Part shown: piece after piece, positions 25,023 to 36,341 of the stretch
How the letters are laid out: each line of letters begins with the position of its first letter
How positions within the stretch are numbered: the first letter of the stretch is position 1
Assembly (NCBI GenBank): GCA_012797095.1
Contig: JAAZPS010000224.1
Span: forward strand, 1-46,589
Direction of reading: 5' to 3'
From: Bacillota bacterium
GTDB lineage: Bacteria > Bacillota > Dethiobacteria > DTU022
DNA length: 46,589 bases
The notes under the pieces: model-generated
Told to the model about the DNA's origin: nothing
Databases searched by the model: none
Seen by the model: only the letters and a program-made list of their open reading frames with translations
Position numbers and translations under genes: made by a program

Positions 25023-26153
25023 ATGAATGAGCCAGTCAATGTAGTTATTTTTGAAGGAACAGCTGCGGCCAGCCCGGTTGAAGAGATGCTTGTGCAGGTG
25101 CGCCGGGCGCTTTTGCATGACAATCTGGATAAATTGCGCCGGGTTGCGCCGGTAGGGAAGGTTTACCTGATCACGAACAACCCGGCCCTGGCCGGGATGG
25201 CCCGCGAGACCGGGGCGGAGTTTCTTCTGAACAGGCAGCACCCGGACTCCTTTCATTTTGGAGACGAGCTGAAAAGGCTGGTTCGGGAGAAGAATATGAA
25301 GAAGGTTTTTTATCTCAGCGGGGCGGGTTGTCCGCTGATCACCGCCTCGGAGCTGAAGGAGATCTGCGGCAAACTGGCCGTCCGCTCCAGATTGCTTTAT
25401 GCCAACAATATCCAGTCCGCAGATATGGTCGCCTTCACGGTTCCGGACGGTTTCGCCGGGATAGAGCTGCCGTCAACGGATAACAGCCTTGCGATGACGC
25501 TGCGCGATCGGGGCGGCCTGGAACTGGAGCTGATGCCACAAACCCTGGGCCTGCTTTTTGATCTCGATACGCCGGCAGATATTCTGGTCCTGGGAGCGGG
25601 CCCCTTTGCCGGTCCCCGGGCGCGGGCGGCGATCGATGCTTTTAGTCTAGATTATTCCCGGCTGGAAAGGGTCAAGAAGGTGCTGGGCGACAGCTATCAG
25701 GATATCGTTCTCGTCGGCCGGATCGGGGCGCCGGTGATGGAACGGTTGAACGAGCTCCTGAAGCTGCGGCTCCGGGTTTTTTCCGAGGAGCGCGGGATGA
25801 AGGCGCTGGGTCGTCTGGAGCGCGGTGAAGTGATCTCGCTGCTCGGACTGCTGATCGAGCGAGCCGGACTGGAGCATTTTTTTGATTACCTGAGCCGGGT
25901 AGGGCACTGTGCCATTATCGACAGCCGGGTTCTTTTTGCTCACCACAAGTATGAATTCAGCGATCGGGAACGTTACCTCTCCGATCTGGGCCTCTGGGAG
26001 CAGCTCGAGCATCCCTGGCTGAAGGAATTTACCCGTCTGGCTGCAGAATGCTCCATTCCGGTGCTCCTCGGCGGACACTCCCTTGTTTCCGGCAGCCTTT
26101 GGGCACTTACCTGCGAACTGGACCCGGCGCGAAGCGGGCTCGGAGAGCGCTAA
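25023..26153 (+). CDS. hypothetical protein, 376 aa (N-terminal half vaguely nucleotidyltransferase/GT-A-like)
   Basis: It is a long ORF whose translation looks like a globular protein. I recognised no confident motif. The alternating beta-alpha pattern VVIFEG...VYLITNN...VFYLSGAGCPLI only hints at a Rossmann-like fold. Confidence 0.65.
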   Translation: MNEPVNVVIFEGTAAASPVEEMLVQVRRALLHDNLDKLRRVAPVGKVYLITNNPALAGMARETGAEFLLNRQHPDSFHFGDELKRLVREKNMKKVFYLSGAGCPLITASELKEICGKLAVRSRLLYANNIQSADMVAFTVPDGFAGIELPSTDNSLAMTLRDRGGLELELMPQTLGLLFDLDTPADILVLGAGPFAGPRARAAIDAFSLDYSRLERVKKVLGDSYQDIVLVGRIGAPVMERLNELLKLRLRVFSEERGMKALGRLERGEVISLLGLLIERAGLEHFFDYLSRVGHCAIIDSRVLFAHHKYEFSDRERYLSDLGLWEQLEHPWLKEFTRLAAECSIPVLLGGHSLVSGSLWALTCELDPARSGLGER

Positions 26154-26402
26154 ATTCATGGATGAAACAGGCAAGTCAAGTTTGAAGCGCTCTTAAGGGC
26201 TGCTCAACGGCGCCATTTTGGCCTTGGCACCATAAGTGCACAACAAGAATTGATCAACCGCTGCCGTCCGGCTCACCCATCTTCGGTACAGGATCGCGTA
26301 AGCGGCGTTATCCCGGCGGGAGTCTTGCCGGCTGCAGCGGTGCCGGTTTCAGATCGGTCGAGGTGGCAACACCGCACAATTATAATATCTGGGGGGATCA
26401 GC

Positions 26403-27200
26403 ATGATCGTTGTCGGTGAATTGATCAATGCGAGCCGTAAAGCTGTTGCGGAAGCGATCGAGGCTCAGGATGAAGAAAAGATCAAACAGCTCGCCGGTGC
26501 TCAGGTGGAAGCCGGAGCGGATTATGTCGATGTCAATGCCGGCGTTTTTGTGGGGCAGGAGGCCGATTATCTGCAGTGGCTTGTGCAGACGGTTCAGGAC
26601 GGGGTCGATGCGCCCTGCTGTATCGACAGCCCTGATCCGGCGGCGATAGAAAAGGCCCTTGCAGTTCATCAGGGAGTTGCCATGATCAACTCCATCTCCC
26701 TGGAAAGAGATCGATTCGAGGCCCTGCTCTCTCTAGTTGCCGGCACGGATCTGAAAGTGGTCAGCCTCTGCATGAGCGATGAGGGGATGCCGGAGACCAG
26801 CGAAGAGAGGGTCAGGATAGCGGACAGGTTGATCAACGGCCTGGTCAAAAAGGATGTGGCGATCGATCATATCTACGTGGACCCGCTGGTGCAGCCTATC
26901 TCCACCAGCGGCAGTTTCGGGGCAGAATTCCTGGATGCTGTTGAAAAGATCATGACGGGCTTCCCCGGAGTCCATACCATGTGCGGTCTCTCCAATATCT
27001 CCTACGGTCTGCCGCTCCGCAGCCACCTCAATCGTAATTTTGCAGTGATGGCCATTGCCAGGGGTCTGGACGGTCTGATCATCAACCCGCTTGACAAACA
27101 GATGATGGCCAATATCATCGCAGCGGAAACCCTGGCCGGGAGAGATAATTACTGCATGAATTACCTGAAGGCTTTTCGGGCCAAAAGGTTGGAAATCTAG
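26403..27200 (+). CDS. pterin-binding methyltransferase, AcsE/MeTr-like (methyl-H4folate:corrinoid methyltransferase family)
   Basis: From ATG 26403 the sequence MIVVGELINASRK...DYVDVNAG...CCIDSPD...MINSISLE...IYVDPLVQP...CGLSNISYGLP...RNFAVMAIARGLDGLIINP is collinear with Moorella AcsE as I recall it, at about 265 aa. The ORF track starts at 26250. Confidence 0.85.
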   Translation: MIVVGELINASRKAVAEAIEAQDEEKIKQLAGAQVEAGADYVDVNAGVFVGQEADYLQWLVQTVQDGVDAPCCIDSPDPAAIEKALAVHQGVAMINSISLERDRFEALLSLVAGTDLKVVSLCMSDEGMPETSEERVRIADRLINGLVKKDVAIDHIYVDPLVQPISTSGSFGAEFLDAVEKIMTGFPGVHTMCGLSNISYGLPLRSHLNRNFAVMAIARGLDGLIINPLDKQMMANIIAAETLAGRDNYCMNYLKAFRAKRLEI

Positions 27201-27286
27201 TTCTGATAGCGAAAGGCTGGCAACGGCCCCCGGAGCCGCTTCACCTGCAGGGGTTCCAGGGGCCGAATCTGCAGGGCCCCTTTCTA

Positions 27287-27618
27287 GGAGGCAATCTGCT
27301 CATTCCCCTGACCAACGTGCTCTCCTTTGCCCTGATCACGGCATGTTTTCTGGTAGCCTGCGCCATGCTGAAACTGCGTTACGCCGAACCAGATCTGGAC
27401 CGGCCGTACCGGGTCCCCGGTGGCCACCCGGGAATCTGGCTTGCAATTCTGGCCAGCGCCGCTGTTCTTCTGCTGATGATCGTGCCCACCAGCCCGGTGT
27501 ACTGGCCTGGCCGCTGGAGTGGATGATCGTCCTTGGCTGGATCGCTCTCGGGTTTGTCCTGATGCTCTTTCAGCGCCGGGAAGATCCCGTTCAAGGTTCA
27601 AAAAAAGCGTACCGGTAG
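27287..27618 (+). pseudogene. 3' remnant of an APC-family amino-acid permease, frameshifted
   Basis: Frame 2 reads GGNLLIPLTNVLSFALITACFLVACAMLKLRYAEPDLDRPYRVPGG...LLLMIVPTSPVYW. Frame 1 continues with WPLEWMIVLGWIALGFVLMLFQRR. Together these form the last two TM helices and tail of an APC permease, which would normally run to about 450 aa. No N-terminal part is present. Confidence 0.65.
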
Positions 27619-27680
27619 ACTGCGCAATAACACGCCGGGCTGCAAATTTAAAGCGGAGCGATCTACCCCAGCGTTGCCAA

Positions 27681-27725
27681 ACGGCACCAGATCAAGCGGG
27701 ATCTGATCTGGTGCCGTCATTTTTC
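27681..27725 (+). terminator. intrinsic terminator
   Basis: ACGGCACCAGATC-aagcgggatct-GATCTGGTGCCGT forms a 13-bp perfect stem. It is followed by CATTTTT. Confidence 0.7.
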
Positions 27726-27762
27726 TGCAGAAAAAACCGATGGCAGCACGGCCGGGCCGGGC

Positions 27763-27792
27763 TTGTTCTAGCGGCGGCTGGTATGGTAATAT
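27763..27792 (+). promoter_or_regulatory. candidate secA promoter
   Basis: The arrangement is TTGTTC-N18-TAATAT, with TG one base upstream of the -10 (TGgTAATAT). Confidence 0.3.
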
Positions 27793-27866
27793 AAGACTGC
27801 AGCCAAGGAACCGGGGGGTTCCTTTCTCATTAGCATTCTCACCGATGAAAGAAGTGTGGTGCGCAG

Positions 27867-30854
<2,988 letters not shown>

Positions 30855-30911
30855 AAATGGGCCCGCCGGGACCGCCGGATGACAGATCAACAGGGTGCAG
30901 AAAAGAGGGTG

Positions 30912-32067
30912 ATGGAAGCTATGCTGAAGGAATATACCGAAGCGCTGGACCGTCAGCGGGAGCGCTTTCTTGAAATGGGGGCTTCGCTTTGAATATGCCC
31001 GCAAGGAGCTTCAACTAAAGGAGGCCGAGCAAAAGGCCGCCGATCCCGCTCTCTGGGAGGAGAGGGCCCGGGGCCAGGAATTCATGAAGGCGCTGGGGGC
31101 CCTGCGGGAAGAGCTCCGTCCCCTCCGGGAGCTGGCCGTCAGGCTGGAGGAGATCGAGGTTTTGCTGGAGCTGGCCGGCGAGGATCCCGCTAACAGCGGC
31201 GATGCCCTCGGGGAAGCGGCGGCGGGGCTTGAAGAAAGCGCCCGCCTTCTGGATGAACTGGAGCTAGCCACGCTGCTGGGCGGGACCCATGATGCCAATG
31301 ATGCCATTGTCTCCATTCATCCGGGGGCCGGCGGTCTGGAATCACAGGATTGGGCAGAGATGCTGCTGCGGATGTACACCCGCTGGGCCGAGCAGAAGGG
31401 CTGGCAGGTGGAGCTCGTTGATCTATTGAGAGATGATGAGGCCGGGATAAAAAGTGCAACCCTGATCGTGCGCGGAAACGGGGTCTACGGACTCTTCCAG
31501 GCGGAAAAAGGGGTCCACCGGCTCATCCGGATCTCGCCCTTTGATACCGCCCGGAGGCGCCATACCTCCTTTGCCTCCATCGATGTTATCCCCGAGGTGG
31601 AGGAGGAAGAGTATCTGATCGATCCCGATGATCTCCGGGTCGACACCTTCCGCTCCAGCGGGGCCGGGGGGCAGCATGTCAACAAAACCGATTCGGCGGT
31701 GCGGATCACCCATCTGCCCACCGGACTGGTGGTGACCTGCCAGAGCAGCCGTTCCCAGCACAGCAACCGGGTCCAGGCGATGCGTATTCTCCAGGCGCGG
31801 CTCGCCGAGATGCAGCGGCAGGAGCAGGCCGCCGAGCTTTCCGCCCTGCGCGGTTCCCAGAAGGAGATCGCCTGGGGCAGCCAGATCCGCACCTATACCT
31901 TTCATCCCTTTACCCTGGTCAAAGATCACCGGACCGGTCTTGAAAACGGACAGGTCGAGGCGGTGATGGACGGGGCGCTGGATCCTTTTGTGGAAGCTTT
32001 TTTGCGCTGGCAGGCCCGCCGGCGCCATCAACAGGGGGCGGGATCCCCGGGAAAGGGCCTGGCTTAG
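30912..32067 (+). CDS. prfB: peptide chain release factor 2, requires programmed +1 frameshift at 30987-30992
   Basis: ORF0 (ATG 30912) encodes MEAMLKEYTEALDRQRERFLEMGASL and ends at CTT TGA. The +1 frame continues EYARKELQ... through the SPF (RISPFD) and GGQ (SGAGGQHVNKT) motifs to 32067. Confidence 0.9.
30975..30992 (+). promoter_or_regulatory. RF2 autoregulatory +1 frameshift site
   Basis: ATGGGGGCTTCG-CTT-TGA-A contains an internal SD-like GGGGG, followed by the slippery CUU and an in-frame UGA. This is the conserved prfB arrangement. Confidence 0.8.
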
Positions 32068-32068
32068 C

Positions 32069-32935
32069 ATGGCCGCTACCTGGAAAAGAATCAAACATTC
32101 TACCGGCTCTGCAGCAGGGGTGCTGATCGGATCAGTGCTCATGGCGGTGGCGATGAACCTGTTTTTGATCCCCCACCGGCTGGCCGCGGGCGGGATCAGC
32201 GGGTTCGCCGTGATCCTTCACGATCTTTTCCTGATCTCCCCCGGTTTAACCATCGTCGGGCTGAACACCCCCCTTTTTGTGGCGGCCTGGCTGCTTCTGG
32301 GCCGGGAGAAGGTCGGCTCCAGCCTGCTGGGATCCCTGGCTTTTCCGGTTGCCATCGAGCTGACCGGGCCCTATCTGCCGGTGGTCACCCAGGATCTCCT
32401 GCTGGCCTCGGTGTACGGTGGAATCATGATGGGGCTGGGCCTGGGTCTCGTCTTCCGCTGCCAGGGGTCCACCGGGGGAACCGCCCTGCTCTCCCTGATT
32501 CTGAACCGGTTCACCGGATTGACCCTGGGGCAGGGTCTGCTGGGTGCCGATCTGGTGGTGATCGCCCTGGCGATCTTTGCTCTCGGGGCGGAGGCGGCGA
32601 TGTATGCGACGCTTTCCCTGTTTATCAGCACCAAGGTGATCGACCTGATCCAGGAAGGGCTCAGCCCGGTCAAGGTGGCTTTGATCATCACCACCCGCCC
32701 CGAGGCGATCAACCGAAGCTTGCTTCGGGAGCTGAGCCGGGGCGTCACCCGGATGGCCGGACGGGGCGGTTACACCGGGGAAGAGCGGGAGCTGTTGCTC
32801 TGCGTGATCTCACGTCCCCAGGTGGCCCGATTGAAGGCGCTGGTCCACCGCCTTGATCCGGCAGCATTTGTCATTATCGGCACTGCCGGGGAGGTCCACG
32901 GCGAGGGTTTTAAAGAGCTTTCTTCCCCCGGATGA
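32069..32935 (+). CDS. YitT-family membrane protein (DUF2179 C-terminal domain)
   Basis: From ATG 32069 the sequence reads GVLIGSVLMAVAMNLFLIPHRLAAGGISGFAVIL and later FRCQGSTGGTALLSLIL. The soluble C-terminal domain reads VTRMAGRGGYTGEERELLLCVISR. Confidence 0.8.
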   Translation: MAATWKRIKHSTGSAAGVLIGSVLMAVAMNLFLIPHRLAAGGISGFAVILHDLFLISPGLTIVGLNTPLFVAAWLLLGREKVGSSLLGSLAFPVAIELTGPYLPVVTQDLLLASVYGGIMMGLGLGLVFRCQGSTGGTALLSLILNRFTGLTLGQGLLGADLVVIALAIFALGAEAAMYATLSLFISTKVIDLIQEGLSPVKVALIITTRPEAINRSLLRELSRGVTRMAGRGGYTGEERELLLCVISRPQVARLKALVHRLDPAAFVIIGTAGEVHGEGFKELSSPG

Positions 32936-33152
32936 GCATTAAGCGGCGGCAGGCCCGTTGAAGGGGGCCTCTGCTGAGAGACCCTTTCCAAAAGCACCCC
33001 ACTTTCGGGGGCGGTTACCCCCCTTCATCTCCATAATATCCCTGGTAAAAGTTAATATATTATAATAAAAAAGCAGGATATCCTTTTTCGGTGTCGAATG
33101 TTGTGTTAAATTATTATATTTATGTTAAGCTCGACCCGGGAGAGATAAAAAA

Positions 33153-33842
33153 ATGATCGAAGCCAGAGAGATCTATCATCGTTATGACAAAAACAGCGGC
33201 GACGTTTTAAGTGATATCAATTTCACAATCAACCGCGGGGAATTTGTATTTTTTGTCGGTCCGAGCGGAGCCGGGAAGACCACCCTGTTCAAAATGATCA
33301 TTCAGGAGATCGTTCCGCAAAGGGGTCTGATGAAGGTGTTCGGCCAGGATCTGGGGCGGCTGCCCCGTTACCGGGTGCCCTACCTGCGCCGCAATATCGG
33401 CATGGTTTTTCAGGATTTCCGGCTGCTCGACGAGCGGACCGCTTTTGACAATATCGCCTTTGCAATGCGGGTTACCGGAGCCTCCACCCGCGAGATCAGG
33501 CGCCAGGTCCCCTATGTGCTCGATCTGGTCGGGCTGCCGGACAAATCCGGGGCGAGGGTCTGTGATCTCTCCGGCGGTGAGCAGCAGCGTATCGGGCTGG
33601 CCCGGGCGATCATCAACCGCCCGGCGATGATCATCGCCGATGAGCCTACCGGCAACCTTGATCCCGAGACCTCTTACGAGATCATGAATATATTGCGGAC
33701 GATCAATATCCGGGGGACCACCGTGCTGGTGGCGACACATAATCGGGAAATTGTCGATCGCCTGCAGAAACGGGTCATTCACCTGGAGCGGGGCCGGCTT
33801 ACCGTCGACGAGGAGAAGGGGGTCTATGCCGGTGCCCTATAA
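33153..33842 (+). CDS. ftsE: cell-division ABC ATPase FtsE
   Basis: Walker A GPSGAGKTTLFK, signature LSGGEQQRIGLARA, Walker B IIADEPTGNLD. Confidence 0.95.
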   Translation: MIEAREIYHRYDKNSGDVLSDINFTINRGEFVFFVGPSGAGKTTLFKMIIQEIVPQRGLMKVFGQDLGRLPRYRVPYLRRNIGMVFQDFRLLDERTAFDNIAFAMRVTGASTREIRRQVPYVLDLVGLPDKSGARVCDLSGGEQQRIGLARAIINRPAMIIADEPTGNLDPETSYEIMNILRTINIRGTTVLVATHNREIVDRLQKRVIHLERGRLTVDEEKGVYAGAL

Positions 33843-34719
33843 TGGTTTTCTGTACGCTTGCGGCGAAGCCCTGCGCAGCCTTTACCGCCACAAGTGGATG
33901 ACGGTGGCATCGATCGGTGTGGTCGTGGTGACCCTGCTGATGCTGGGCGGTTTCATGATCGTGAATCTGAATCTGGCCCATCTCACCCAGAGTGTCAAGG
34001 AACAGGTTGAGATAATTCTCTACATTGACGATGAGGCGACCCTTGCCGAGCGCAATGAACTGCGCCGGAAACTGGTCGCCCACGGTTCGCTAGCCGAGGT
34101 CCGCTTTGTCCCCCGGGAAGAGGCCCTGCAACGGTTGAAGGAGCAGATGGGAGATGTAGTCGAAGGTTACGACGCGGTTGAAGATAATCCCCTGCGCGAT
34201 TCGTTCGAGCTGCGCACCACCCGTCCGGAAATTGTCGGGGAGGTGGCCGGGGAGCTGGCCGGATATCCGGCGGTGGGCGATCTTTACTATGGCGAAGAGA
34301 CGGTCAACAAACTGTTCACCGCAACCCGGGCGGTGCAGCTGGTCGGGCTGGCCCTGATGATCGGGCTGGCCGTCACTGCGGTCTTTCTGATCGCCCATAC
34401 GATCAGGCTAACTGTCTTCATCCGCCGGCGGGAGATCATGATCATGAAATATGTGGGGGCGACGAACTGGTTTATCCGCTGGCCCTTTGTCCTGGAAGGA
34501 CTGCTCATCGGGATCCTCGGGGCGGCCCTGCCGCTGGCGGTGCTTCACCATATCTACCAGGCTTCGCTGGAATGGGTTACGGCGAACAATCTGATGTTTC
34601 TGACCCTGCTGCCCGGTTCAATGATCATGGGCCAGCTGGTGAAATATCTCATTCCCCTGGGGACAGGTCTGGGGATTCTCGGGAGCGCTTTTTCGATGGA
34701 CCGCTTTTTGCGCGTTTAA
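33826..34719 (+). CDS. ftsX: cell-division ABC permease-like FtsX
   Basis: From ATG 33826 (a 17-nt overlap with ftsE) there is TM1, an extracellular ECD, and three C-terminal TMs with IMKYVGATNWFIRWPFVLEG. Confidence 0.9.
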   Translation: MPVPYNGFLYACGEALRSLYRHKWMTVASIGVVVVTLLMLGGFMIVNLNLAHLTQSVKEQVEIILYIDDEATLAERNELRRKLVAHGSLAEVRFVPREEALQRLKEQMGDVVEGYDAVEDNPLRDSFELRTTRPEIVGEVAGELAGYPAVGDLYYGEETVNKLFTATRAVQLVGLALMIGLAVTAVFLIAHTIRLTVFIRRREIMIMKYVGATNWFIRWPFVLEGLLIGILGAALPLAVLHHIYQASLEWVTANNLMFLTLLPGSMIMGQLVKYLIPLGTGLGILGSAFSMDRFLRV

Positions 34720-34765
34720 TAAAACAAGGCGGCTTTGTCTGCCGCTTTTCAGGGAGGGAGCTTTC

Positions 34766-35944
34766 ATGCGGCGATTCAAACTGATGAGCCTGCTGGCGGT
34801 GGTGCTCGTGCTGATCTTTCTAACCGTTGAAGCAGTGCCGGTCTATGCCTCCTTGCAGGGGCTCGAGCAGAAAAAAGAAGAGATTGACCGGAGAATAAAA
34901 CGGGAACAGGGCAATCTGAAGCAGTACCGCAGCCGCGAGGCCGAGCTTTCCGATGAACTGGACCGGCTCGATCGCCGCCTGGAGCAGTTGCAGACAGAGC
35001 TGACACGGGTCAACCGCGAGATCGGAGCCACCGAGGAGGAGATCAACCGGGCGGAAGAGACGCTTGCCGCAACGGAGGCCGAGCTGGCCGGGAAGGAAGA
35101 GCTCTTCAAGCGGCGACTGCGGGCGATCTACGAGCAGAGCGCCGTGCCCTATGTCGATGTTCTTCTCGGAGCCTCCACCTTCAGCGATTTTCTGACCCGG
35201 TTCAACAATCTTAAAATCATTGCCGCCAATGACCAGCGGCTCATCGAGGAGGTTACCGCCGAGAGGGACCGGATCCAGCAGATGAAGGAGAAGCTCGAGG
35301 GAGAGAAGAACCGCCTTGACGGGATGCGCCGCCAGATCCTGGGCAGCGAGGCGGAACTGGAGCGGACCGTTACCTCCCGCAAAGCGGTGATGGGCGAGCT
35401 GCAGCAGGAAATTGTCCGCAATATCGAGGAGATCAAGAAACTGGAACAGGATTCCGAGAGGCTTGAAAATGAGATCCGGAGTCTGATCAATCCTGGCGGC
35501 AGCGGGATCAGCGGCAAGCTTGGCTATCCAGTCGAGCCCCCCACCCGGATCAGTTCGGGCTACGGCTGGCGAAGCGATCCCTTCACTGGAATATCTTCCT
35601 GGCATGGCGGAATCGATATTGGCACCTACGGTATGGCCAACTATATCCTTGCCGCGGAAAACGGGCAGGTCAGCCTGGCTCGCTGGTACAGCGATTACGG
35701 CAACTGCATCATCATCGATCACGGCGGTGGTACCGCCACCCTTTACGGCCACCTGAGCTCCATCCAGGTCAGCGTCGGCCAGGCAGTCAGCCGCGGCCAG
35801 CGCATCGGGCGGGCCGGCACCACCGGAAGGAGCACCGGAGTCCATCTCCATTTCGAGGTCCGGGAGTACAACAGAGCCCCGGTCCGCTATTACCCCAACG
35901 GCACCCCGGATTACCGGAATAACCCGATGAATTACTTCAACTGA
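34766..35944 (+). CDS. coiled-coil M23 (LytM) peptidoglycan endopeptidase, EnvC/PcsB-like architecture
   Basis: A signal/TM segment is followed by about 230 aa of heptad-like charged coiled coil. The M23 domain has intact metal ligands (WHGGIDIG and GVHLHFEV). Confidence 0.85.
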   Translation: MRRFKLMSLLAVVLVLIFLTVEAVPVYASLQGLEQKKEEIDRRIKREQGNLKQYRSREAELSDELDRLDRRLEQLQTELTRVNREIGATEEEINRAEETLAATEAELAGKEELFKRRLRAIYEQSAVPYVDVLLGASTFSDFLTRFNNLKIIAANDQRLIEEVTAERDRIQQMKEKLEGEKNRLDGMRRQILGSEAELERTVTSRKAVMGELQQEIVRNIEEIKKLEQDSERLENEIRSLINPGGSGISGKLGYPVEPPTRISSGYGWRSDPFTGISSWHGGIDIGTYGMANYILAAENGQVSLARWYSDYGNCIIIDHGGGTATLYGHLSSIQVSVGQAVSRGQRIGRAGTTGRSTGVHLHFEVREYNRAPVRYYPNGTPDYRNNPMNYFN

Positions 35945-35954
35945 GCGAGCCAGA

Positions 35955-36068
35955 GGGGACGAGTCACGGGGACGAGTCAAGGGGACGGTGACTTTGAGTC
36001 AAGGGGACGGTGACTTTGACTCACCACCCCACGCCGCTTGAGTCAAGGGGACGGTGACTTTGACTCAC
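35955..36068. repeat. array of 13-nt and 22-nt direct repeats (GGGGACGGTGACTTTGA[G/C]TCA[A/C]) with internal inverted repeats
   Basis: Units: GGGGACGAGTCAC (35955), GGGGACGAGTCAA (35968), GGGGACGGTGACTTTGAGTCAA (35981), GGGGACGGTGACTTTGACTCAC (36003), a 22-nt divergent unit ending in GAGTCAA, then GGGGACGGTGACTTTGACTCAC (36047). GAGTCAA and TTGACTC arms can pair. Confidence 0.85.
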
Positions 36069-36094
36069 TATTCCCTCCACTTCATGCAAACAGG

Positions 36095-36127
36095 AACCCC
36101 GTAAATGTAGAAATTACGGGGTTTTTC
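36095..36127 (+). terminator. intrinsic terminator downstream of the repeat array
   Basis: AACCCCGTAA-atgtagaaa-TTACGGGGTT is followed by TTTCT. Confidence 0.7.
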
Positions 36128-36341
36128 TGCGATTGTGGACAGAACCTGTTTTGACGAAGCAGGGTTGATGTCGACTCGTTACTTTAACTGGTTTTCCATG
36201 ACGTTTCATGTCTGATCATCAGCGGCACAGCAGCGGCTGCTTCTGAACGGGTATGTTTTCACTTCCGGGGCTGAGCTGGCCTTTTCACCGGTGCGGCGTT
36301 ATAATTGACGCAGGAAACGGCGAAGGAGGCGGTTGGCGGTC

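Noticed and set aside
34820-35980. A 386-aa minus-strand ORF opposite the M23 hydrolase gene. Similar long antisense ORFs lie at 9371-10525, 11987-12895, 13576-14589, 19122-20039, 22493-23308 and 43241-44239.
   Set aside because: All of them mirror well-supported plus-strand genes. They lack SD sequences and recognisable domains, and they show the same GC-driven composition. I treat them as shadow ORFs.
35955-36068. Possible CRISPR array
   Set aside because: The repeats are only 13-22 nt and are directly abutting, or separated by a single 22-nt related unit. There are no unique spacers of 25-40 nt and no cas genes in the window.
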